A stretch of 64,000 nucleotides of DNA from a candidate division WOR-3 bacterium (GCA_039803205.1 JBDRYB010000006.1:45331-109330), one strand, 5' to 3'; shown: positions 48,401 through 57,635, counted from the stretch's first letter. A program made the numbers and translations. The notes: generated by a model from the sequence alone, not told the origin.

Positions 48401-48526
48401 AGCGAGGGGATCACCCGTCTCTGAGTCCGTAACACGGCCAGCTATCTTGCCGTATTCGCCAGCCCAGAGCAAGGCTCCCGTTGCTGACAGGAGCGCCAGT
48501 ATCCTGGTTAGTGATTTCATCAGCAC
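45461..48526 (-). CDS. TonB-dependent receptor
   Basis: GKIAG.V.D carboxypeptidase-like domain; plug VRGGR..E...VDG and GGF.AEYG; SPR.GIS.P; GNP.LKPEKT.SYE. Confidence 0.92.
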   Translation of the reverse strand: MLMKSLTRILALLSATGALLWAGEYGKIAGRVTDSETGDPLAGASVKIAETGQGTAADENGYFVILRVSPGTYTITAQMIGYGSMSYKNVKVDADRTVELNFKLEPGAVTTRVIEVIAKEPVIKKDVTASVTNIRAEKIAAMPVSNVEQAILLQTGVKQYGAYLQVRGGRPGEVAFVVDGAEIRNPYTGYQATVLPLDAIQETSVSKGGFGAEYGSAASGVIAVSTKEAGNKPDVSFTARTSALPGDIFNSNHGDPYMKWFTRDYMRSDGPFSYDSLFYYENQRWARYDSMGIKNTEIPAFYYNQYWKDGEYTLPIDHKENMTRYQFSLGTPIPFTKNKLKLFTSWDWTWDGARFPGSATNQLSDQTKLTFTPTNSMKLFFSTVGSQQLAGEYDPGWRLALSHLPVSSNKSRQYVGGINYLFSSKTYLELRGSYYKLNTHMDVYEDMNMDGVDDYGDRDNDGYPEVDPRALALIGKYLDPTWIREWDSDSDWVELNMYWWESQMTGLHPSLSIGRYNSDYIVCVVKEVTDTANYGDWLGDTLTLDVSDPVLDSLVVDTLERLGNIYTPNYSTWDRQVYFNAYYTTYTFRSDLVSQDFANLKGHEMKMGFEFVRHHIDRHSMDYASGGNIYTDEVNAKPYKLAVYARDKMEFQGMIANVGFRFDYFNPNAWVPKDPWHPVKSYKTISATDPVWVNQPEVRDTYLLLAPERAPTHWYISPRIGISHPITERDVLHFTYGHYFQEPLLRYLYMNQYYMWNGAFPLMGNPALKPEKTISYEVGVKHAFTGELVVDFTAFYKDISDLVQTKRYDLETGRNYTTFVNQDFASVRGFEVQFSKMPGGFLPYFSYDLNYTFQLAKGSFSSPFSSYSYAWARLPLSYSEEHYLNWDERHTLSMIFTWAVPLEANMFTSGYGISAVYTYGSGTPWSPPIRDIRDALEKTNTLRLTPHSNWDMRLYKDFGFKSLEARLFTDIFNIWNQHYITGFDDGQYFYYFGDPEGEVRNPTVYNARRVTRVGIQFFWKP

Positions 48527-48550
48527 AACCTCCTTTCCTTACATGGTTTT

Positions 48551-49213
48551 TTACTTGAGCCTGAAAGCAAATGGTATGTTGACCCTCACCCTCACCTTCC
48601 TGTCCCCCATCTGGCCCGGAGTGAACTTGCATTTCCTCGCGGCTTCAAGGGCAGGGGCATTGAAGACCTCGTTGGTTGACTGGAGGATCCTTTCGGTGCC
48701 GGGTATAACATTCCCGTTCTCATCCACTATAACCTGAACCGTCACCCTACCCTCCAGACCGGCGTTCCTGGCTATCTCAGGGTACTCGGGCTGGGAGAAC
48801 GAGATCATCTCCGGTGCCTTTTCAACAGCGTAGAACTCGTAGACCTCCTCCACCTTCGGCGGAGGGGGGGCCTCAAACTCGGAGAACTCTATGGTGGTCT
48901 GTATCTCCACCTCCTCCTGCTGGGTTTCCTCCTCTCCGGCCTCCGCTACCTCAACCTGAACCTGAGGTTTTGGTGGCGGCGGAGGGGGTTCCTCTATGTT
49001 CTCCAGCTCGGCCATCTCCTCTATTTTGGTCACATTCTCAACCTTCTTCTGGTATGGGCTTATCTGAAGCCCTTTCACGAACATGAACATTAGGATGAAT
49101 GCGATCAGGGAAACAGTGAGCGCCACCTGCACATTCCGGGGATAATCGTCCTCAAGCTCAAGTCCCTTCCTCAGGGACAACAAGCTGATGAGCTCATCCT
49201 TTTTTTCCGCCAT
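48551..49213 (-). CDS. tonB: Energy transducer TonB
   Basis: TM anchor, Pro-rich segment, YPE.AR..G.EG.V, F.PG. Confidence 0.92.
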   Translation of the reverse strand: MAEKKDELISLLSLRKGLELEDDYPRNVQVALTVSLIAFILMFMFVKGLQISPYQKKVENVTKIEEMAELENIEEPPPPPPKPQVQVEVAEAGEEETQQEEVEIQTTIEFSEFEAPPPPKVEEVYEFYAVEKAPEMISFSQPEYPEIARNAGLEGRVTVQVIVDENGNVIPGTERILQSTNEVFNAPALEAARKCKFTPGQMGDRKVRVRVNIPFAFRLK

Positions 49214-49246
49214 AGCTATTCACCTCCCCAAAATCCGGGTCCGCAT

Positions 49247-49276
49247 ATGATAACGATAGCGCGCGTCCCGTGTCAA
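49247..49276 (-). promoter_or_regulatory. Sigma70-type promoter for the tonB-TBDR operon
   Basis: TTGACA-N18-TATCAT on the minus strand. Confidence 0.55.
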
Positions 49277-49293
49277 GTATCGCGGCTCCATTT

Positions 49294-49710
49294 CTACTGC
49301 CCCACCTCCGGCAATGTCGCGAACACTACTCGGAGAGCGCCGGCGTCCCTCATGGACTCTATGGCATTGTTGACGCTTTGGTAACGCACATTCGCGTCCG
49401 CCTTTATCACAGTTATCAATGCGGGGTTCTCGGCTATCTTGGTCTTGAATATAAGGGTGAGCCTTCCTGGGTCAGGTATCACATTATCATCCACAGCCAT
49501 CTTCCCGTCCTTGTTTATCCAGAGAAAGCTCAGATCCCTCTGTTTGCCCAGGCGCTCGGTTGTCCGGGCCGTCGGAAAGATAACCCTCAGACCGCCGGAT
49601 CTGCGGAAAACGGTCGTGACCATGAAGAAGATGAGCAAAAGGAAAGCAATGTCCGACATGGACGCGGTCGGTATGTTGACCCGCATCTCCTTCTTTCGCT
49701 TTATCTTCAT
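49294..49710 (-). CDS. exbD: Biopolymer transporter ExbD
   Basis: IPTASMSDIAFLLLIFFMVTT. Confidence 0.93.
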   Translation of the reverse strand: MKIKRKKEMRVNIPTASMSDIAFLLLIFFMVTTVFRRSGGLRVIFPTARTTERLGKQRDLSFLWINKDGKMAVDDNVIPDPGRLTLIFKTKIAENPALITVIKADANVRYQSVNNAIESMRDAGALRVVFATLPEVGQ

Positions 49711-50129
49711 GGCCCAGTCTCCTGCTTAATGACCCCGAGGGAAACCGCCTTGGCATCCGCGAGCTTGACCTCGTCAAAGACATCTATCATGCGCTTGTAT
49801 GGGGCTAGCTCGTGGGTCCTTATGAGCACGATCGCCTTGGGGTTTTCTTCCAGCTTCTTCTTAACCTCTGCCTGAACATCCTGAAGGCTTATCTTCCTGT
49901 CTCCGGCGAAGATCTCGCCCCTGGGATTGATTGAGAGGACGAGCATTTTCTCCCCTGAGAGCTTTACGGTCTGGGCTTGGCGCTCGGGCAGGAGAAGCTT
50001 AAGGCCCTTCTCTCGCGCGAACACGGTTGTGACCATGAAGAATATTATGAGAAGGAACGCGATGTCCGCCATGGAAGCGGTGGGTATTTCCGCTTCCTCC
50101 TCCCTTTCTCTTTTTCTGAAGCCGACCAT
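49707..50129 (-). CDS. exbD: Biopolymer transporter ExbD
   Basis: IPTASMADIAFLLIIFFMVTT. Confidence 0.93.
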   Translation of the reverse strand: MVGFRKREREEEAEIPTASMADIAFLLIIFFMVTTVFAREKGLKLLLPERQAQTVKLSGEKMLVLSINPRGEIFAGDRKISLQDVQAEVKKKLEENPKAIVLIRTHELAPYKRMIDVFDEVKLADAKAVSLGVIKQETGP

Positions 50130-50130
50130 A

Positions 50131-50766
50131 TCACAGGTATTCCTTGACCACGCCCTTCTCAGCGAGATACTCAACCAGGGCGTTGGAAGCCTCCTCTATC
50201 TTGCGCTGATAGGAGTTCGTGCGGGTGGCAAAGATGCTGTAGAACAGGGATACCGGAGCGGCTATTATGAGACCCGTCGCGGTGGTTATCAGGGCCTCGG
50301 ATATGCCTGAGGCAACCAGGGTCGGTTCAACCTCTCCGGCAAGGGCTATTGCCTGGAAAGCGCGGATCATCCCCGTGACCGTCCCCAGGAACCCGAGGAT
50401 CGGGCCGAGGGTGGCGCAAGCGGCCAAGTAGATCATCCCCCTGTCCAGGAAAGCGAGCTCAGAGAGGGCCTTTCTGACCATGGCCTCCTCAACAACTGCT
50501 CTGCCCTTCTGGGTCTTCTCAAGGCCAGCCGCAAGCACTTTGGCCACCGGGCTCTTTTTCTGATAGAGATACTCAAGGGCCTCTTTGACGCCCTTCTCCT
50601 CTATTATCTCTATAACCTCCTTGACCAGCTTCTCCGGGTTGGCCCGAGCGGATATGAAAAGAGCAAAGAGCCTTTCCAGGATGATCACGAGACCTATGAT
50701 GGCAACCACGAGGAGGGGCCACATCATCGGCCCGCCCTTCACAAAGTAATCTATGAGACCAGTCAT
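50131..50766 (-). CDS. exbB: MotA/TolQ/ExbB proton channel
   Basis: GG.MMWP, GFLGTVTGM, GISEALITTA.G. Confidence 0.93.
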   Translation of the reverse strand: MTGLIDYFVKGGPMMWPLLVVAIIGLVIILERLFALFISARANPEKLVKEVIEIIEEKGVKEALEYLYQKKSPVAKVLAAGLEKTQKGRAVVEEAMVRKALSELAFLDRGMIYLAACATLGPILGFLGTVTGMIRAFQAIALAGEVEPTLVASGISEALITTATGLIIAAPVSLFYSIFATRTNSYQRKIEEASNALVEYLAEKGVVKEYL

Positions 50767-50903
50767 CTTCTCTTGCCTCCTAACGAGTTTCCTGTTGGCC
50801 GAAATTTTAATCCTGGGCCTCTCCCTGTTGCAAGCTCAGGGGTGGACTTGCCCGCTGCTTTCTGTTGGTTTAGAATTTAGGGCTATAAAAGAGGCAAGTT
50901 GGA

Positions 50904-51494
50904 ATGATATGGTTCTCTTTAACCACAAACATGTTGCTGGGCCTTCTCTTCGCGAGGGCCTACGGCAACTCTTCCTGGAATGGGGCACATTCGGTCATCC
51001 AAACCTCAGATGGAGGCTATGCCTTCGCTGGATACACCGAATCCCCGAGCGCTGGCGGCCAGGATGCTTTCATACTGAAACTTTCCTCAACAGGGGTCTA
51101 TACTGAGTGCGCCCAGACATGCACTCCAACGGTCGCGACTCCCTCCCTTTCTGTTCCCGGTGGGTTCGGTTTCACCAGCACCACTGTTGCCCACGCGACC
51201 GTCCGAACTCCCAGCCCAACAGTTCAGAACGCGAGCCTCAGCGCGGAGGATGCATGCCCCACATCTGAGGTCGGAGAGGGACTTGCTGGCCCCGTTCCTG
51301 AAATTCTCTGCCTCTCATTCCCCGGAGGGCTTGTTTTTAGGACAGGGACAGACGCCCATCTGAGGATATACTCTCCTGATGGCAGGTTGGTTCGCTCCTT
51401 GTGCCTTGAGAGGGGGGAGAACCGGCTGAACCTTGAGCCCGGCGTTTATATCTGGATGGCTGGAGATTGCCGGGGAAAAGCCCTGGTTCGTTAA
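50904..51494 (+). CDS. Short secreted protein with a single propeller blade and CTD (possibly internally deleted)
   Basis: One SVIQTSDGGY..AG.T...D..ILKL..G repeat; CTD IYSPDGRLV...PGVY. Confidence 0.55.
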   Translation: MIWFSLTTNMLLGLLFARAYGNSSWNGAHSVIQTSDGGYAFAGYTESPSAGGQDAFILKLSSTGVYTECAQTCTPTVATPSLSVPGGFGFTSTTVAHATVRTPSPTVQNASLSAEDACPTSEVGEGLAGPVPEILCLSFPGGLVFRTGTDAHLRIYSPDGRLVRSLCLERGENRLNLEPGVYIWMAGDCRGKALVR

Positions 51495-51547
51495 AACCAA
51501 TCATCTGATCCTGGAACCTTCCTTTTGGGAAAGTTTATAATTAGATT

Positions 51548-53536
51548 ATGCTTCTCATCCTCTCGTTTCTACTAGCGCTTGAGCCAAAAGGTCCTCTCGG
51601 CAAGGATACGCTCCGAGGGTTTGAGAGCTTTGAGGCTGAGCTCAAGAGGGGAAAGTTGGACAGGGCGCTTGAGAGGGCTAACAAGTGGAAGGCCAAGTCC
51701 CCGGAATCCTTTCTCTCATACTACAACCTGGCTCTGGTGTATCAGGCAATGGGCGAATGGGAAACGGCAATTGCCCTCTATGATTCGGCTTTCTGGCGAG
51801 CTCCGGACAACCGTGCCGCGTCATTCGTGCGGTTCAACCAGGCCTTCTGCTACGAGAGCATATACCAATACGGCAAGGCAACCGAGGGTTTCAAGGAATA
51901 TCTTGCCCTTCTAGCGAGGATGGGCGTCACTGCCCCCGACAAATCAGAGGTCACGGCCAGGATTGAGGAGGATGATAATCTAGCTGTGGTCCTCAAGAGA
52001 GCACCGAGGGACATTAATGTCGTGCCGGCTCCTGGTCTCACTGAGCCGAACAGCGCATACGCGGTCCTCTCAGATGGCAAAGGGGGGGATTACAGCCCTG
52101 TCATAACGGTTGATGGCTCCAGGATGTATTTCACATCCACGAGAAAAGCGGGGAAAGGCAGGGAGGACATATGGACAGCCGAGCGCGGGCCCGATGGCCA
52201 GTGGGTCAATGTCAAGGACATATGGGGCCTGAATACCTCGGAGTCAGAGGGGGTCTCAGGGGTATCCGGGGATGGCGCTGAGATATATGTTGTCTATTAC
52301 ACGGAGAGGTTCCCAAAGGAAAAGGGGGTCAGGGAAGGAATGGGCAACATGGACATATTCTCGGTAAAGAGGATACCGGGCGGCTGGAGCCAGCCGCAGA
52401 ACCTCGGCCCAGCTGTCAATAGCAAGTCGTGGGATAGTCAGGCCTCTGTCTCTGCCGATGGAACGGAGATATATTTTGCCTCAACCAGGGCAGGGGGTCT
52501 AGGGGGTTCGGACATATGGGTCTCAAGGAGGAACCCGGACGGGACATGGTCAGAGGCCGAGAACCTTGGCCCACCAGTGAACACCCCGGGGGACGAGCTC
52601 TCCCCCTTCATACATTGCGATGGGAAGACCCTTTACTTCTCATCCGATGGCCACAGGGGATTTGGCGGATACGACATATTCGTCTCCAAGAAGGAGTTCG
52701 GCCGATGGACGAGGCCACAAAACCTCGGCCCACCGTATAACACCCATGACAACGACCTATTCTTCACCATACCCGCATCTGGCAGGGTGATCTACTTTGC
52801 CAGAGCGGATTCATCGGACGAGAAGAGAAATCCCATATACCACATATATCAGGCTGAGTTGCCCCCCAGGACCCCTGAAACCGAGGATGTCCTGCCTGAG
52901 CCCGTGACGCTGGTTAAGGCAAGGGTTTTTGACAAGATAACCGGCGCGCCGGTTCCCGCGAGGGTGGGCATAGAAGACCTAAAGGAAGCCAAGAGGGTCT
53001 TCGGAACCCAGACAGACTCCATAGGCGAGTTCTACACCATATTGCCCTCAAAAAGGCTCTACGGCATAACCGCTGAGGCCCTCGTTGGCAATTACGCATT
53101 TTACTCAGCGAACTTTGACCTCAGGGCCATGTCCGATTACCAGGAATACCGGCTTGATGTTCCTCTGACCCCCTTGGCCGAAGGGGCCACATTCGTGATA
53201 AACAACATATTCTTTGAGTTTGACAAGGCAGATCTTTTGCCGGAGTCCAAACCCGAGCTTGACAGGTTATTGAGGCTGATGAACACATACCCAGCGATGA
53301 AGATATCGGTCGAAGGACACACTGACAGCATAGGCACCTACGAATACAACATGAAGCTCTCATCCAGGAGGGCAGAGGCGGTTGTGAATTACCTTTTGGC
53401 CGCGGGTATATCTAAGGATAGGATCGTCTCCCAAGGCTTCGGTTACACTCGGCCAATTGCTTCAAACGATACCCCTGAGGGCAGGGCCCTCAACCGGAGG
53501 GTTGAGATAAGGATAACCGAGTTCCCAACGAGGTAA
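51548..53536 (+). CDS. TPR-PD40-OmpA protein (PorE-like architecture)
   Basis: TPR; NLGP.VN, YF.S...G.GG.DI repeats; OmpA motifs GHTD, LS..RA, NRRVE. Confidence 0.9.
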   Translation: MLLILSFLLALEPKGPLGKDTLRGFESFEAELKRGKLDRALERANKWKAKSPESFLSYYNLALVYQAMGEWETAIALYDSAFWRAPDNRAASFVRFNQAFCYESIYQYGKATEGFKEYLALLARMGVTAPDKSEVTARIEEDDNLAVVLKRAPRDINVVPAPGLTEPNSAYAVLSDGKGGDYSPVITVDGSRMYFTSTRKAGKGREDIWTAERGPDGQWVNVKDIWGLNTSESEGVSGVSGDGAEIYVVYYTERFPKEKGVREGMGNMDIFSVKRIPGGWSQPQNLGPAVNSKSWDSQASVSADGTEIYFASTRAGGLGGSDIWVSRRNPDGTWSEAENLGPPVNTPGDELSPFIHCDGKTLYFSSDGHRGFGGYDIFVSKKEFGRWTRPQNLGPPYNTHDNDLFFTIPASGRVIYFARADSSDEKRNPIYHIYQAELPPRTPETEDVLPEPVTLVKARVFDKITGAPVPARVGIEDLKEAKRVFGTQTDSIGEFYTILPSKRLYGITAEALVGNYAFYSANFDLRAMSDYQEYRLDVPLTPLAEGATFVINNIFFEFDKADLLPESKPELDRLLRLMNTYPAMKISVEGHTDSIGTYEYNMKLSSRRAEAVVNYLLAAGISKDRIVSQGFGYTRPIASNDTPEGRALNRRVEIRITEFPTR

Positions 53537-53609
53537 TAGGCCCATGGTGCCAACTCCTCGGGGCGTGATCTGCTGAGAAAATTAGGTGTCAAAGTTGGGT
53601 TTAATAAAC

Positions 53610-54623
53610 CTATCTCCTATTGCTTTTCACGATGGCCCGGATCCTTTCCTTTCCTCTGGAAACAAGATACACCCCAGGAGGCAGGCTTATCTCAGCGTAG
53701 CCAAGCTCGCCCGGCAAGGCCATCATCTCCCGACCAAGGACATCATATATGAAGACATTCCCGTGCCCTTTTGACCAGCTGATTTTCAGAATCCCGGGAG
53801 AAGGATTGGGATATATCTTCAGAAAGACCCCGGAGGAAATCACTTCATCCTGGCCGACTATGGGTTCCAGATATATCTCAAGGCTGAGGTCGTAGAAGTT
53901 ATAAGGCAGGAGCAGGGTTTCCGGATGAAAATACTGGTAGTATCCGGTCGCGTTGACGCGGACCTCAAGCCTGTTCCTGCCCATGGGCAATTCAATGTAG
54001 TAAGTTCCATCCAGATCTGTAGTGTCGTAATAATCCAGTTGTTCACTGAAACATGGGCTATAAAGAAGGTGGACATGCACCTCAGCATCTCCTACGGGCT
54101 CGCCCGTTACCCCATTCCTGACAAAGCCTGAGATGGTGTTTTTACCCATGTCGTCGTTGGCCTGGCCAAAGCTCGGAGTCGTGTCAAGGTAGTAGCTTGA
54201 GATGAACCAATCGGATTCACCGAAGACAGCGCAAGCGCTCTGGCCCTCAGGGGGCGGATAGGATGAAGGGATGTGGCAATAGACCCAATCAGGAGAATAA
54301 TAAACCGTGAAATAGGTGTAGACATTGGTATCCGGAGGGGTTAGGTGTATCCCGCCAGCGCTGTCGTTCAGGTATGGGTGGCCTGTGAGGTTGCTTTCGT
54401 CAAGGACCACAAGCCCTCCTGGTGGTATAACGACCCCTTCCTGCACATAGAGAGTGGTGTCAAAGTCGTGCCCCCAGATCCAGAGCGAGTATCCGCTGAG
54501 ATCAATCTGGCGGCTGGTTGGGTTATAGAGCTCTATCCTCTCAAGGGAGTCGGGGGCCACCGCGAACTCGTTTATTGGTATAGGAGGAGGAAGCGGGTTG
54601 CCCAGCAAGATAAATAAAAACAT
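53610..54623 (-). CDS. Lamin-tail + carboxypeptidase-regulatory-like + T9SS CTD protein
   Basis: INE, IELYNP...IDLSGY, TPSFG..N, ISG.V....GEP, IYPNP, IYD.LGR. Confidence 0.8.
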   Translation of the reverse strand: MFLFILLGNPLPPPIPINEFAVAPDSLERIELYNPTSRQIDLSGYSLWIWGHDFDTTLYVQEGVVIPPGGLVVLDESNLTGHPYLNDSAGGIHLTPPDTNVYTYFTVYYSPDWVYCHIPSSYPPPEGQSACAVFGESDWFISSYYLDTTPSFGQANDDMGKNTISGFVRNGVTGEPVGDAEVHVHLLYSPCFSEQLDYYDTTDLDGTYYIELPMGRNRLEVRVNATGYYQYFHPETLLLPYNFYDLSLEIYLEPIVGQDEVISSGVFLKIYPNPSPGILKISWSKGHGNVFIYDVLGREMMALPGELGYAEISLPPGVYLVSRGKERIRAIVKSNRR

Positions 54624-54707
54624 ATTTTAACCTCCCATAGCCCCATATTGTTAACCGAAAATCCATGAACGATCAAGGCCCAAAGCTTTAAGATTTTCGG
54701 CCCATTT

Positions 54708-55628
54708 ATGGCCAGGAAAGCGATAATCGTAAATGGGGGCGCTGGCCCCTGGAAGGCTGAGAGGCTTGATAGGGCACTTTTGGGCGTCAAGAAAGCTGTC
54801 CTCGCTGGTTGGAGGGTTCTCGTTGAAGGAGGCTCAGCGCTTGACGCGACAATTGAGGCTGTTGTTGAAATGGAAGACGATCCCGTCTTCAACGCTGGCA
54901 CGGGCAGTTGTCTCAATACCCTTGGTTTCCCAGAGCTTGAGGCCCTGGTAATGAGAGGTGATACCCTTGAGGCAGGCGCTGTTGCTGGGGCTCCGGTTAA
55001 AAACCCTGTTCGGCTCGCCCGCCTTGTTATGGAGAAGACAGACCATGTTATACTTTTCGGCGAAGGAGCGAGGATGTTCGCGAGGGCCATGGGTTTTGAG
55101 GAATACGATCCCGTGATACCCGAGAGGGTTGAGACATACAAGGAGATGATGGCGAGACTCAGAGAAGGCAAATCGGAGCGCTGGCGTAGGCTTCCGGGGT
55201 TCGTCAGGGAGCATCCCGAGTTCATGGGGGACACGGTTGGCGCTGTTGCGGTTGATGAAAGTGGAGTGTGCGCTGTCGCGACATCCACGGGCGGTGTTTT
55301 CCTGAAAATGCCAGGCAGGATGGGGGATAGCCCAATCCCAGGCGCGGGGAATTACGCTGGCAAGGCCGGAGCGATTTCTCTGACTGGGGAAGGTGAGGGC
55401 ATGATCAGAACCGTGGCGGCCAAGCGAGCCTACGATCTCCTTGAATCCGGAATGCTTCCGGATGATGTTGTTAAGGCTGTGGTCAAGGAGGTTCACGAGA
55501 AGACGGGGAAGCAGTGCGGGATCATACTGGTTTCCGCTGATGGCACGGTTGCCAGCCATTACAACACGAACGCCATGCCAACATCGGCTATCTGGGATGG
55601 GCTTGATGAGCCTATAACCAAGAGCTAG
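54708..55628 (+). CDS. Isoaspartyl peptidase/L-asparaginase (Ntn hydrolase)
   Basis: GGAG, FNAG.GS, DTVGAVA, TSTGG, GRMGDSP, TG.GE. Confidence 0.92.
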   Translation: MARKAIIVNGGAGPWKAERLDRALLGVKKAVLAGWRVLVEGGSALDATIEAVVEMEDDPVFNAGTGSCLNTLGFPELEALVMRGDTLEAGAVAGAPVKNPVRLARLVMEKTDHVILFGEGARMFARAMGFEEYDPVIPERVETYKEMMARLREGKSERWRRLPGFVREHPEFMGDTVGAVAVDESGVCAVATSTGGVFLKMPGRMGDSPIPGAGNYAGKAGAISLTGEGEGMIRTVAAKRAYDLLESGMLPDDVVKAVVKEVHEKTGKQCGIILVSADGTVASHYNTNAMPTSAIWDGLDEPITKS

Positions 55629-55775
55629 AGGATCACTCCGGCTTTCCGAACCCATCCCCCAGGACCATCAATTTAACAAACGCTCAGGGAACCTCAATCC
55701 CTCACCAGAAAGCCTCTTGCGATTAGTGCAAGGAGCGGGTTGAATGCTCCTTCCCTGAGAGCTTATAATTTCAGC

Positions 55776-56834
55776 ATGATAGAAACAAACAGGGAATTTC
55801 GGCTGTTTTGGCTAGAGAGGGCACTGAAAAATCTAGAAGCCCTCAAGGGACAGGCAGTCAATGAGGAAGATACGAAGCGGTTGATCATTGAACCCTTGCT
55901 CGCGTGGATAGGTTATGATGTTTGGAAGCCGGGGGAGGTGAGGGAGCAATATCCAATACCCAAAAGAGGCGGACAATCAGCAGATTACGCCCTGATGAAA
56001 TCGGATCAGCCCTCTCCATATATAATAGTTGAGGCAAAGGCTCTGGGCAAAAACCTTGATAGTGATTTTGAGCAGATCATAGATTACTGCAATTACAGCG
56101 GGACAAGATTTGGAATTATAACTGACGGAGAGAAGTGGATTGTTCTGGATGAAAGTTGGAAAGGTAGACCAGCCAAGGAAAGAATAATTCTTGAACTTGA
56201 TATTGAAGAAAAGCTAGACAACTTCAGTGGTTATGACGCTCTTCTCCTGTTAAATCCCGAAAACGAGGAGAAAGCTGATTCTTTTTTCTCAGAAATCAAG
56301 AAGCTCTACGAGGCAAAGGTTAGCAACCTTGACAAGCACATTAAGACTGAACTGATTGAAGCGCTTAAGAAAATCAAAATACCCATAGGCGAGGGACAAC
56401 TGCCGGTTCATCCGAAGCCTGAAGGGGAAACCGAGGTTGCCGGGGGTGAGGAGGGAGGAGAGTGGCCGAAGGATTTAAGTGTGCTAATGGGCAAAAGGCC
56501 GCCAGATTATGTTCTGATAGATGGAGTGAAATATGAGACAAGGTCGTGGGCTTCTGTGGTTGTTGTCGTTGCTGAATGGTTAGCCAAAAGGGGGGAAATT
56601 AAAGAGCCCATAAAAAGCAAAAAACTTTTTATTATCAATGACCGTCCCGAGCAGGTAACCAAGATGAGAAATCCTGGACCGCATATTAAACCATTAACTA
56701 ACGCTAAAGGTTTCTATGTGTGGACACATGGAAGTGCAAGTGCGTGTCTGGAGCGATGCTTTAAATTGCTTGAGCACTTCGGCTACACACCCGGCCACGC
56801 GTATCTCAAACCCCCTGCGGATTGGAAACCCTGA
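55776..56834 (+). CDS. Solo HsdR_N-type restriction endonuclease domain protein
   Basis: NEEDTK..IIEP.L...GYD, DYAL...IVEAK, GIITDG..W; no helicase part. Start refined to ATG 55776. Confidence 0.8.
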   Translation: MIETNREFRLFWLERALKNLEALKGQAVNEEDTKRLIIEPLLAWIGYDVWKPGEVREQYPIPKRGGQSADYALMKSDQPSPYIIVEAKALGKNLDSDFEQIIDYCNYSGTRFGIITDGEKWIVLDESWKGRPAKERIILELDIEEKLDNFSGYDALLLLNPENEEKADSFFSEIKKLYEAKVSNLDKHIKTELIEALKKIKIPIGEGQLPVHPKPEGETEVAGGEEGGEWPKDLSVLMGKRPPDYVLIDGVKYETRSWASVVVVVAEWLAKRGEIKEPIKSKKLFIINDRPEQVTKMRNPGPHIKPLTNAKGFYVWTHGSASACLERCFKLLEHFGYTPGHAYLKPPADWKP

Positions 56835-57160
56835 TCACTTCCATGGCCGTAAATGTAGTGCCCCGTGTGTGGACGCGCAAACCCGAACCAGGGCAGACAC
56901 AAGTGGAAAGGGTAGGCACAAGACCTGCCCCTACATTGGAGGAACTTATAGGGACACCCAAATCACTGGCCACCAACGAATACATCCGCGTCGCTCGCGA
57001 ACGCGGCCATCCGCCCCTTCAAAAGCGCCTCTGGCAACGCAATTATTACGAACGGATAATAAGAAATGACGACGAGATGAACCGGGCTCGCAACTATATT
57101 CACGATAACCCAATGATGTGGCACCTGGACAAAGAGAACCCGGACGCGACCGGAAGCCTA
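56830..57160 (+). pseudogene. 5'-truncated, frameshifted REP-associated tyrosine transposase (RAYT/Y1) remnant
   Basis: HUH motif PDHFHG in one frame; LWQRNYYERIIR...YIHDNP..W in another; internal REP. Confidence 0.75.
56891..56934 (-). repeat. GTAG-type REP (plus a partial copy) inside the RAYT remnant
   Basis: GTAGGGGCAGGTCTTGTGCCTACCC on the minus strand. Confidence 0.65.
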
Positions 57161-57186
57161 CCGAGGGTGAAATATGGAGGGTATAG

Positions 57187-57603
57187 ATGCCCGATAAAAA
57201 AATAACCTGGGTATCCCATCCAGCGCGTGAAAACCCGGTGAAGCTGGGCATGGTGATAACAATAACTACCATTTTCCTGATATTCTTTTGGTTCGTCGCC
57301 GGGCCTTGGTGGTGCATCCTGAGCGTCATAGTCGTCTTTCTTTCCCTTTACTCGTTCTGGCTCCCAACCAGATACACCCTTGATGATGAGGGGATTGAGG
57401 TCTCAAGGTTTCTCTACAGGAAGCATTTCCCTTGGTCCCGTTTCAGGCGCTACGAGATTGACAGGGGGGGGATATTCTTGGGGACATTCAGAAAACCATC
57501 CCGGCTTGACCCCTTCAGGGGACTATACCTGCTCGGAGCGCAGAGGCTTCCGGAGGCCGTGGAGGCGGTAAGGGAAAAGGTCAGAACGGACAGCTCATCT
57601 TGA
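57187..57603 (+). CDS. Hypothetical 2-TM protein with bacterial PH-like domain
   Basis: Two TMs then PT.Y.LD..GI......W..F, RLD.FRG; RBS GGAGG. Confidence 0.7.
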   Translation: MPDKKITWVSHPARENPVKLGMVITITTIFLIFFWFVAGPWWCILSVIVVFLSLYSFWLPTRYTLDDEGIEVSRFLYRKHFPWSRFRRYEIDRGGIFLGTFRKPSRLDPFRGLYLLGAQRLPEAVEAVREKVRTDSSS

Positions 57604-57635
57604 ATCCGGCCCCTTTGGGCCCTTATGCTTTTCCC

